A DNA stretch of 64,000 nucleotides from Kiritimatiellia bacterium (GTDB lineage: Bacteria; Verrucomicrobiota; Kiritimatiellia; RFP12; JBMNHG01): positions 248,001 to 312,000 of the forward strand of contig JBMNHG010000003.1 in NCBI GenBank assembly GCA_050950285.1, written 5' to 3'. Positions 10,268 through 18,806 of this stretch are shown piece by piece. A program made the translations under genes and the position numbers. The stretch's first letter is position 1. Every line of letters begins with the position of its first letter. The notes beneath the pieces are model-generated. The model searched no databases, was not told the origin of the DNA, and worked only from the letters and a program-made list of their open reading frames with translations.

Positions 10268-13200
10268 TTAGTAAACAATAGTGAAGGATAAAGTTGAGCA
10301 GACCTCGCCATTTTCACTCACTTCAACGGTATAGTTCGAAGCGAATGGCGATTCGTACTGTTCAACAAACTGGGTAATCCAGTAGTCATATGCGGAACCA
10401 CCTCCGGCATTAAACACAACCTGCCATGCGTGTTCCTCTGTAACTCCCGCTTGGCTCTTTATTCTGACAAGGGGTGTGTATGGTAAATCATTAACAGTTC
10501 CTGCTCCACATTCGCAATGCTCAGGATCATACTTAACAATACCATCGAACCAATTCTTCGGGGTTACAGCCACAGAAACCCACATGATTCTATCAGTATG
10601 ATTGACACCAAATAATCCTTTGTGTCTTTCGGAGTACGGATATTGCATTCCGCCAGACACCCTGACATAGTTGTACTCCGCAGAAAGGACATTCTTCCAA
10701 TTGCATCGATACACCACATCTACCGTCCAGTTAAAGCAATGGCACAGATTCTCCAACCCGAGCCAATCAACAAATGAAAACGAGTTGTTATCGACGAAAG
10801 CATATATGTTACAACCGCCGTTCTCACCAATCGGATCCCTGCTAAGCCACCGCATCAATTCCGGTGCATAGAAGCGATAACCATAGTAGTAGAAACCGGT
10901 TTCGGCATCGTAGTACTTGGTGCTGAACCGGTGGCGGAAGGCGTCGGCAAGCAGACCCGTTGCCTCTATGGTGCGGCCGAAGGCGTCGTAGGTGTACTCG
11001 GCGACGATGGTGCCGGTCTCGTCGGCATAGGCCGTGATGTTGCCGTTGTTATCGTAGAACGGGAAGTACCATGTGCCGTTTAGCGAGACGGCCAGCAGTC
11101 CGCCGACGCCGCCCGCGCCCTGAAGCGTGCCGGATAGGTCTTTGCCCCAGACGTAATGATTTGTGGTTGCGGACTGCTGATTTTGAATCGTCTCCTGAAC
11201 CAGGTTCCAGCCGTCGTAGATGCAAGTGTACGTGGCGGTGGGGGTGTATTTCAACACGCGGCGGCTAAGATGATCGTAGGCGTTGAAGACTACGCACAGG
11301 CCGTTGGAGTAGGCGGCGATGAGGCGGTTTTCCGCATCATACGCATAGCTGAAACGCCCGTCCCACGTCATATTTCCGTCTAAATCGTACTCCGGCTCGA
11401 TGACTGTTCCATTGCTGATTCCGGTGTACTGGTTCAGTTCGTTGGCGGTGTAGATGTTCGTGACGGAGTTAAGCGAGGTCCACAGCGCGTTGCCTATGTT
11501 GTCGAAGGCGTAGCGGTTGGTGTGGGCGGGCTGGATGATGGCGGATGTGACCTCGGAGCGGGCATTGTAGTCGAAGGTGTCGGCGTTTCGTGACGTGACG
11601 CGGTCGAGGAGGTCGTAGGTGTAGGCCAGCGGGTTGTGCGGCACGCCGTTGACGCTGTTGGTGATGACCGTGACAAGGTGGCGGCGGTAGGGGTCGCGGA
11701 TGACGGTACGGGAGAGAACTATCCCGTTGGTCTGCGTGATGGTGTATCCGGCGTCCCAGGCGTCATCAGTATATGCGTAGCTTGCCGAAAAGGCATCATT
11801 CGAGACGGCGGAGTGCCGGTTCTCGGAGTCGTAGCCGTATTGAACGGGTGGCGCATCCTCGACGCGCAACGCCGCCAGGCGGTGGCGGTGGTCCAGGGTG
11901 CGGGCCAGGGTCGCGGTGTCGCCGCCAACCATGGCCGTCTCGTTGGTGGCGGTGCCGAGGTGGCTGTTCTGGTAGGCGTATCGCGCGACGGCGTTGGAGG
12001 CAAAGGCGGGGCGCTGGAAGGCATCGTACCCGAGCGCGGCGGCAGGCGTGGCGTCGGAGTACGAGACGCCTGTCAACAGCCCGTCGGGGTTGTAGGCGTT
12101 CTCCTTCCACGCTCCGCGAGCCCATGCCGTGCGGAGCGGCTTGCCGTCGGGGGTGTGCGTATAGGACACTGCGGAGCCGTCGGCGTAGACCTTGTTGGTG
12201 GCAAGTCCGGTGGCGTGGTCGTAGTTCCAGGCGGTGAGATCGAGGGACGCAGGGGACGCAAGGGATGCGAGGGACGCGCCTCCGGCAAGCTGGACGGCGA
12301 GGGCGGCGAAGCCGACGGCGTTGCCTCGGGTGGTGGCGAGGGCGGCCATGCGGCCGGCGGTGTCGTACCCGTAGGCCACGGGGTAGGCCGCGCCGGTGGC
12401 GGCAACCGGACGCCCGAGGGCGTCGTAGGTGTTGGTGACGGTGTTGCCGAGGGCGTCGGTGCGGGACGTTTCGCGGCCGAAGGCGTCGAAGGTTCTCGAT
12501 CCTGTGACGTGCAGATCGTCGTCGTAATAATAAATGCCGTAGTGGGTCTCGTTGTCGGACTCGTCGAGTCCCGACCAGCGGAAATGGGAATAGACGCCCG
12601 TTTCAGGGTCGCGCGTTTCCGAGTATGCAACGCGCCCGAGCGGATCGAAATAGTTGTAAACGGTTTCGCGCAGCGTCTCGCGGCGAATTGGACGCCCGAA
12701 CTTCGAGACGGTGGTGGATGGCGTCGCCGCATCGGTGGCGCGAACCATCGTCAGTTCGCAAGTCTGCGGGTTGTAGCTGCCCGATTCCGTCGTCGTCGAG
12801 CCGTTCGGGCCGGTGTTCACCGTGCGGCTCCGCAGGGCGTTGGAAAGCCCCGTCAACTGGCGGCGGGTCGTCGCGACGGCGTTGGTGACGCCCTCGCGCG
12901 ACGTGCTGCGGACGTCCACCCGCCACCATGCCCCGGCGATGTTCTCGTAGCGGGTCTCAGACGCGGTCTCGACGCCGCTTTGGACGGTCGCCGCCATCTC
13001 GCCGCGTTCGTCGTAGAGGTAGGTCGTGGCGGGCTGTCCGGTCGTTTCCGAGCGAACCAGGCGCGAGGTCGCGCCGTCGTAGGCGTTCGAGGTGACGAGC
13101 CAGGCGCCCGCAGTGCCGGGCCTCAGCGTCGCGACCGTGCGCCCGAGGAAATCGCTGTGCGAAATTTGATTCGTGACCGCGTTCGGTGAATCGGACGCCT

Positions 13201-16200
13201 CGGTGACGGAGAAGGATCGCCGTGTTCCGTCGGCGGCGTAATCGCTCCACGAGGTTTCGCGCGTCCAGCCGCCGTCCCAGCTTTGGATGGCGATGGAACG
13301 CCCGTTCCGGTAGGCGATGTTCGTGCTCGCCACGACGCAAACGTCGGGGTTCGCCGGCGAGAACGTCAGGCTGACGCTCTCCTCGCGGTCGGCGTGCGAC
13401 GTGCGCGTCGTGACCGTGCGAACCCCGCGCCGGTCGACGTGGACGGCGTGGTCGCCGATTCCGTCGGGGTATGCCGTCGTTTCGGAAGCCGTGAAGCCGA
13501 GCGTCCCGCAATCGGGGGTGGCGGCGCTTCCGGGCTCGCCGACCGCCGTCACGACGGTGTTGGTCTCCCTGCCGATGGCGTCCATGAAATGCATCGTCGT
13601 GCGATGACCGTATCCGTATCCGGGCAGATCGGCAAGCGATTCCTCTTCTATGGCGTAGTAGAGGTGGTCTTTGCCGGTTTCGGCGGAGCGGAGGGTCTTG
13701 AAGCCGTCGCGATCCTGCGTCCAGAGCAGGCGGCAGCAGGAGTGGGCGTTGGTGGAGATGGAGCCGTCGGCGTAGAGCGTGGAGCGGAGGCGGTTCTTGT
13801 CGTCGTAGAGGTGCGCCTGCCAGTCGAGCGTCTCACCGGTGGCGTGAAGGAGGGTGGCGGAGTAGAGCGTCGTGCCGTGCGCGGCGTCCTGGATGGTCAG
13901 GTCGGACGTATCGGACGGATTGGACTGATACCAGCGTTGGGCGATCGTGCGGAGCGCGGTTCCAGAACCGCCGGGGGCGAAGGTGCGGGTGGCGGGGTCG
14001 TAGTCGCCGAGGGCGTAGTCGTAGGCGGTGGTCACGCCGTCTTCGTCGGTGGATTCGAGCGGGCGGCCGCGCAGGAGCAGCGGGATGCCGGGGGCGTCGG
14101 CGTCGAAGCGGGTGGATGTCGAGACGGCGTTGCCGGGGTCGCCGAAAGCGGCGTCCGGGGAACAGGCGCGGACCGTCTTCACGGTCGCGAAGGCGCGGCC
14201 CACCGTGTCCGTGCCGACGGTATGGACGTGCCACGTGCGCCCGATGCACGCCGCCGCGCCGTCGCGGACGAGGTGGCGCGACTCGGTGCGGACGGAATCG
14301 AGGGCGGCGAGCGGATTGTCGTCGCCGGGCAGCGGCGCGTAGTCGGAGACGGTGGCGATGGCGGTGATAGCGGGGAAATCGGACAGATCGGACAGATCGG
14401 TCGGATCAGACTGATCGGCGAAAGCCAAGGGAGCCTCCGAGCCGTCGAATTGGTCGAGGCGCAATATCTCGCGGCCTTCGTCGTCCCAGGCCTGGTAGCT
14501 CCAGGGTCGCGACTCGCCCCAAACGAGGCGGGGGCGTCCGTTGCGGCGGGGGTGGGCGTCGTCCGTCCAGCAGGTGGCGTGGTCTTCGACCAGGCCGGGT
14601 TCGCCGCCGGGCTCGAGGCCGAGCGTCGCGTGGTAGGTCTGGCGGAGCGTCGCGTCCTGCCCGCAGCCGAAGCGCCGGGACTCGGCGATGTCCCGCGAGA
14701 GGATCGCGCCGGCGGCGTCGCGCACGATGCGTTCCTCGCGGAGGACGCCGTGGGGGCCGTCGTCGAGCGTGTCGGTGCGAAGCACCTGTTCGGAAAGTTG
14801 GGAGATGTTGTCGAAGCACGCCCACTCCCCATCCCCACGATATGAGTAGACGACGTCGCGCATGACGTTGTCCCGGCGGCTGATCTTCTTGAACGCGACT
14901 TGGCGCGGGCTCCCGCCGACGTTGGCGATCTCCCAGACGTGCTCCAGTTCGTCGCCGGCGGTCTTGCGGACGGTGATCCGGACGCCGTGGGCGATCGGTT
15001 CGACGACGACGGTGCGGCCTCGGGCGTCGGAGCAGGCGATGGTGCGGGTTCCGCCGGCGGCGCTTTCGGCGACGGCGGCGTCGTCGCGGGCGAGCAGGTT
15101 GAAGGTGGAGGGCGCGACGAGCAGCGGCTCCGTCGCCCGGAACCAGAGGAAGCCGGAGACCTGGCCGTCGCGGGGGATCCCGAGGGGGATGCGGAAGGCG
15201 AGCGAGCCGAGGCCGTCGCCTTCGAGGCCGTCGCAGTCGCCGTCGGCGCATCCGGACGCGCAGTCGCCGCATTCGTCGTAGAAGGGGTCGTGGCATCTTT
15301 CGCCGACGCGGTGGATGGCCTCCCCGCTCCAGACCGGCCTGCCGTCGAAGAAGATGGTGCCGGTGGCGCGAAGGCCGTCGTCTTCGACGGTTTCGTCGAA
15401 GTACGCGGCCAGCGCCGGGTCGCCGTAGCCGATTTCGGCCCTGCAGTCGCACGGGTGGCCGCCCGTGGCATCCTGCCGCCAGCCCTCCCGGAGGCACCGG
15501 CTGTCGAGGGGGTAGTCGGAAGCGGGCTCGTAGTCGCCCGTCGCGGCGTCGAAGAAGAGCGTGGTCCCGCATCCGCCGTGGCGGCCGTCGCCGTAGGCGA
15601 TGCGGGGTTCGAAGAAGAGGAGGCGTTCGACCGGGCCTTCCCCGGGGTCGTCCCTGCCGCCCGCGCCCCGGGCGCCCCGCCGCGCCGGGGGCGGCGCGGG
15701 GGCGATCGTGCATCCGGGCACGTCGTAGATGCCGGGCGCCTTCGCCGCGAGCGAGCCGCCCGTGAAGCCGCCGTCCGGCGTGAAGGCGAGGCGGGCTTCG
15801 CCGGGGAACGGGTCGAGGAGCGCGGCCTGTTCCATCTCGGAGGGCGCGGCGCGGCAGGGGCGGTTGGAGAAGTCGTACCGGACGCCGACCGACGTCCCGC
15901 CGCCCGTCCATTCGACGGCCTGGCAGCGCGCGCCGTTGATTTCCGCCGCCGCCCCGGCGCCGCCCACGAGGACGCCCGGCGCCCAGGCCAGCAGGTACAG
16001 CGGCTGTGGGCAGGTCGAATTCGTCGAGGTGGCGCGGAGCGCGAGGGTCAGTTGCAGCGCGTTCGTCGAGACGGGGAGCCAGAGGCTGTCGTCGGGCGGC
16101 GAGGCGGTCGCGGTGCCGCAGCCGCCTTCGGAGTCGGCCCACTCGAGCGCCATGCCGTCGAGCGACCAGCCTGCGGGCGCATTCGAGGAGGCGGAGAGGA

Positions 16201-17650
16201 AGTACTGCTGCCAGCCGCCTTTGCGGTCGATCGTGAAGGTGCGCTCGTACACCCGGTTCGTGCCGTCGGCGGGGAGGTCGCACCGGAAGGCGTCGAAGAG
16301 CTTGAGGGAGGCGAGGTTCCAGGCGAGGTTCGTCGGAGCGGAAGCCTCCGCGAAGGGGTCCATGCCCGCCGCGATCTTCGTCGAGAGCGGGAAGCCGGTC
16401 CCGCCGGGGTCGAAGGCGAGGCTGTCCACCGCGTTGGTGCCGCCGAACTTCGCCGTTTCGCAGGCGTCGGGGATGCCGTCGCCGTCGAGGTCGTCGGGCG
16501 GCGTCGGGGACAGCGGGTCGGGGTCGGAGCCGTCGACGAGCCCGTCGCCGTCGGTGTCGCGGAGCAGCGGACTCGTTCCGGCGGCGACTTCGGCGCCGTC
16601 CAAAACGCCGTCGAGGTCGGTGTCGGGCAGGCGGGGGTCGGTGCCGTGGACCATCACCTCGTCGCAGGTGGAGAGCCCGTCGCCGTCGTGGTCGGCGACG
16701 TCCGGGTCGAGCATGCCGAAGGCGCGCCAGTGGAGCTCGAGGCCGTGGACGAGGACGCCCGTGCCGCCGAAGGCGAAGGTCTCGCCGCCGCCGCCGTGCT
16801 GGGCGCCGACGACCCAGTTGGTGGCCGGCAGCGCGTTGGTGGCGGACAGCCGGGACAGGTCGTAGCGGTAGACGAAGTCGCCGGAGGGGAAGAGTTCGGC
16901 CTGGAAGGTGACGGGGAGGCCGGCGTCGCGTCCGGCGAAGACGTCCTGCCAGGCGAGGAGCAGGCTGTTGGAGGCGGTCGGGGCGTGCCAGAAGCGTCCG
17001 GCCGGCGGGACGATGCCGAGGGAGGTCTGCAGGGGGGCGAGGAAGTCGAGGCCCGAGCCGTCGGGCATCCGGCGGGCGCGGGGCGAGCCCTTGGGCCAAC
17101 CGAAGGAGAGCGTGCCGCTGCTGGAGACGTGCAGCCCCCCGACGCGGTTGGTGCCGAGGGTGAAGGACCAGTTGGTGGCGGGGAGCCAGAAGGTGTCCTC
17201 GGCCACCCCGTAGCGGGTCCAGGGGGCGTGGACGACGGCGTTCGACGGGACGGAGGCCAGGGCGGGAGACGGGTTGGTGGCGACGCGCGCGAGCGCGAAG
17301 CCGGCCCGGTACTGGCCGGCGGTCAGGCGGGGGCCGGAGGAGGGGCCGCGCGCGGGCCGCGCCGGGAGGCCGCCGGAGACCATGCCCGCCGGGGGAGGGC
17401 CGTGAAACAGGGCGTTGCCGCCGGGCGGAACCTTCGGGACGCCGTGCAGGGTGGCGACCACCAGGAGGGCGGAGAGCGCCGCCCTGACGGAGGGCGCAAG
17501 CGAGCGGAACCGGTCGCCGAGAGCGCGGAAGAGGCGGCGCAGGCCGGGCGACGTCCCGGCCCAGGCGCCGAGGCAGAAGAGCAGCGGCACGCCGGCCAGC
17601 AGGCAGGCGCCCGCGAACATCCAATGGCGTATCGACTGCAGGAGTCCCAT
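10268..17650 (-). CDS. Full-length Rhs/YD-repeat polymorphic toxin, 2460 aa
   Basis: Two hydrophobic N-terminal segments; DxDGDG (TSP3-like) repeats; many YD repeats; Rhs core end RWLSRDPIGENGGCNIY...VDWLGL; low-GC Cys-rich CT. Confidence 0.93.
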   Translation of the reverse strand: MGLLQSIRHWMFAGACLLAGVPLLFCLGAWAGTSPGLRRLFRALGDRFRSLAPSVRAALSALLVVATLHGVPKVPPGGNALFHGPPPAGMVSGGLPARPARGPSSGPRLTAGQYRAGFALARVATNPSPALASVPSNAVVHAPWTRYGVAEDTFWLPATNWSFTLGTNRVGGLHVSSSGTLSFGWPKGSPRARRMPDGSGLDFLAPLQTSLGIVPPAGRFWHAPTASNSLLLAWQDVFAGRDAGLPVTFQAELFPSGDFVYRYDLSRLSATNALPATNWVVGAQHGGGGETFAFGGTGVLVHGLELHWRAFGMLDPDVADHDGDGLSTCDEVMVHGTDPRLPDTDLDGVLDGAEVAAGTSPLLRDTDGDGLVDGSDPDPLSPTPPDDLDGDGIPDACETAKFGGTNAVDSLAFDPGGTGFPLSTKIAAGMDPFAEASAPTNLAWNLASLKLFDAFRCDLPADGTNRVYERTFTIDRKGGWQQYFLSASSNAPAGWSLDGMALEWADSEGGCGTATASPPDDSLWLPVSTNALQLTLALRATSTNSTCPQPLYLLAWAPGVLVGGAGAAAEINGARCQAVEWTGGGTSVGVRYDFSNRPCRAAPSEMEQAALLDPFPGEARLAFTPDGGFTGGSLAAKAPGIYDVPGCTIAPAPPPARRGARGAGGRDDPGEGPVERLLFFEPRIAYGDGRHGGCGTTLFFDAATGDYEPASDYPLDSRCLREGWRQDATGGHPCDCRAEIGYGDPALAAYFDETVEDDGLRATGTIFFDGRPVWSGEAIHRVGERCHDPFYDECGDCASGCADGDCDGLEGDGLGSLAFRIPLGIPRDGQVSGFLWFRATEPLLVAPSTFNLLARDDAAVAESAAGGTRTIACSDARGRTVVVEPIAHGVRITVRKTAGDELEHVWEIANVGGSPRQVAFKKISRRDNVMRDVVYSYRGDGEWACFDNISQLSEQVLRTDTLDDGPHGVLREERIVRDAAGAILSRDIAESRRFGCGQDATLRQTYHATLGLEPGGEPGLVEDHATCWTDDAHPRRNGRPRLVWGESRPWSYQAWDDEGREILRLDQFDGSEAPLAFADQSDPTDLSDLSDFPAITAIATVSDYAPLPGDDNPLAALDSVRTESRHLVRDGAAACIGRTWHVHTVGTDTVGRAFATVKTVRACSPDAAFGDPGNAVSTSTRFDADAPGIPLLLRGRPLESTDEDGVTTAYDYALGDYDPATRTFAPGGSGTALRTIAQRWYQSNPSDTSDLTIQDAAHGTTLYSATLLHATGETLDWQAHLYDDKNRLRSTLYADGSISTNAHSCCRLLWTQDRDGFKTLRSAETGKDHLYYAIEEESLADLPGYGYGHRTTMHFMDAIGRETNTVVTAVGEPGSAATPDCGTLGFTASETTAYPDGIGDHAVHVDRRGVRTVTTRTSHADREESVSLTFSPANPDVCVVASTNIAYRNGRSIAIQSWDGGWTRETSWSDYAADGTRRSFSVTEASDSPNAVTNQISHSDFLGRTVATLRPGTAGAWLVTSNAYDGATSRLVRSETTGQPATTYLYDERGEMAATVQSGVETASETRYENIAGAWWRVDVRSTSREGVTNAVATTRRQLTGLSNALRSRTVNTGPNGSTTTESGSYNPQTCELTMVRATDAATPSTTVSKFGRPIRRETLRETVYNYFDPLGRVAYSETRDPETGVYSHFRWSGLDESDNETHYGIYYYDDDLHVTGSRTFDAFGRETSRTDALGNTVTNTYDALGRPVAATGAAYPVAYGYDTAGRMAALATTRGNAVGFAALAVQLAGGASLASLASPASLDLTAWNYDHATGLATNKVYADGSAVSYTHTPDGKPLRTAWARGAWKENAYNPDGLLTGVSYSDATPAAALGYDAFQRPAFASNAVARYAYQNSHLGTATNETAMVGGDTATLARTLDHRHRLAALRVEDAPPVQYGYDSENRHSAVSNDAFSASYAYTDDAWDAGYTITQTNGIVLSRTVIRDPYRRHLVTVITNSVNGVPHNPLAYTYDLLDRVTSRNADTFDYNARSEVTSAIIQPAHTNRYAFDNIGNALWTSLNSVTNIYTANELNQYTGISNGTVIEPEYDLDGNMTWDGRFSYAYDAENRLIAAYSNGLCVVFNAYDHLSRRVLKYTPTATYTCIYDGWNLVQETIQNQQSATTNHYVWGKDLSGTLQGAGGVGGLLAVSLNGTWYFPFYDNNGNITAYADETGTIVAEYTYDAFGRTIEATGLLADAFRHRFSTKYYDAETGFYYYGYRFYAPELMRWLSRDPIGENGGCNIYAFVDNNSFSFVDWLGLENLCHCFNWTVDVVYRCNWKNVLSAEYNYVRVSGGMQYPYSERHKGLFGVNHTDRIMWVSVAVTPKNWFDGIVKYDPEHCECGAGTVNDLPYTPLVRIKSQAGVTEEHAWQVVFNAGGGSAYDYWITQFVEQYESPFASNYTVEVSENGEVCSTLSFTIVY

Positions 17651-17816
17651 GGCTCTACCGCAGAAGGATCACGGCGCCGCGGCGGCACAGGCGGCGACGG
17701 CCCGGAGAAAAACGGCGCGCCGCCGGAACCGCGGCCCAAGGGAAATACAACCTGTATCCATGGTGGGGAGCGTAGCACGGGGCAACGCCGGCGGCAAGCC
17801 TTGTTTTCATTTCCCG

Positions 17817-17935
17817 AGGCTCTTGCGAAACCGAGCCGGACGACACGGAGGTCGTCCCTCCAGCCGGCCCGCCGGGGACGGCGGTCCCCAGGCAGCCCGC
17901 CCATCCATCCGGCCCGCCGGGACGGCGGTCCCCAG
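17817..17935. repeat. REP-like composite palindromic repeat
   Basis: GGACGACACGGAGGTCGTCC hairpin plus two CCCGCCGGG(G)ACGGCGGTCCCCA units; near-identical inverted copy at 48768-48845. Confidence 0.75.
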
Positions 17936-18262
17936 CCCGCCCGCCACGTCGTTGCCCGAGGCAAGCCGGTCGGCGAAATGTCCGGCAAGGGCCGCGCGCC
18001 GCCCTGGGCGCGGAGTCTGGAGACGGGGGGTTGCGCCGATACCGCCAGCGGGATGATGGACGACGCGAAGACCAGGAGACCAAGCGAACGGGGGTTTCCA
18101 ACCATCCCTCTCTCCTCTTTGCCATGTCGCGGACGGCCCGCGCGGGAAGGGGGCCCGCAGCCAGGACGGGGACGGCGAAGCGACCGACGCCATCGCACTG
18201 CCCCACGATGGGGAAACCGTATCAGGCGACCCCCCCGGATGCGCAAGGGGAAATCCGCGGGG

Positions 18263-18280
18263 CCCTAAACTGCGGGAGAT
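18263..18280 (+). repeat. Solo copy of the IS1380 terminal repeat
   Basis: CCCTAAACTGCGGGAGAT is identical to 1024-1041. Confidence 0.7.
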
Positions 18281-18316
18281 CGGCCGGGGGGACCGGGGAA
18301 GAATGGCGGCGTGCCG

Positions 18317-18805
18317 TTATTCCGGGTCGCATGGGCGTCCGGCGTCGCGGCCGAGCGCGAAGGCCTCGAGGTTCATGGCGAGGAGTTTCGCGGGGAGGAT
18401 GGCGGCGATGGCGTCGGTCCACGTCTCTTCGGGGAGGTCGAGGCGCCGGCTCAAGGCGCCGAGCATCGCCACGGCGGCCGTCTTCGGCGAGGGGAGCGAG
18501 ACGCCTTCGAGCACGGCGGGGGTGAGGAGCGTGCCGCCCGGGCGCAGCAGCGGTCCGGCGGCGGCGTCTTGGCTCGCATCCATCGAGAGGACGACGTCGG
18601 CGGAGGCCGCGGGGGTGATGGGGCTGAGGACGGTGGAGCCGAAGCGGACGTCGGTGCGGACCGATCCGCCGCGCTGGCTCATGCCGTGGACCTCGGCCTT
18701 CTTCACGTCGCGGCCGGCGCGGAAGGCGGCGTTTGCAAGGATGTCGGAGGCGGTGACGGTTCCCTGGCCGCCGATGCCGACGAGGACGATGCTGACGGTA
18801 TCCAT
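18317..18805 (-). CDS. iorB: Indolepyruvate:ferredoxin oxidoreductase beta subunit
   Basis: VGIGGQG...KKAEVHGMSQRGGSV; adjacent to iorA. Confidence 0.9.
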   Translation of the reverse strand: MDTVSIVLVGIGGQGTVTASDILANAAFRAGRDVKKAEVHGMSQRGGSVRTDVRFGSTVLSPITPAASADVVLSMDASQDAAAGPLLRPGGTLLTPAVLEGVSLPSPKTAAVAMLGALSRRLDLPEETWTDAIAAILPAKLLAMNLEAFALGRDAGRPCDPE

Positions 18806-18806
18806 G

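Noticed and set aside
13283..18268. Long ORFs overlapping the Rhs (1072 aa, 1122 aa, 520 aa)
   Set aside because: Arg/Pro/Gly-rich shadow frames expected in high-GC DNA; no motifs.
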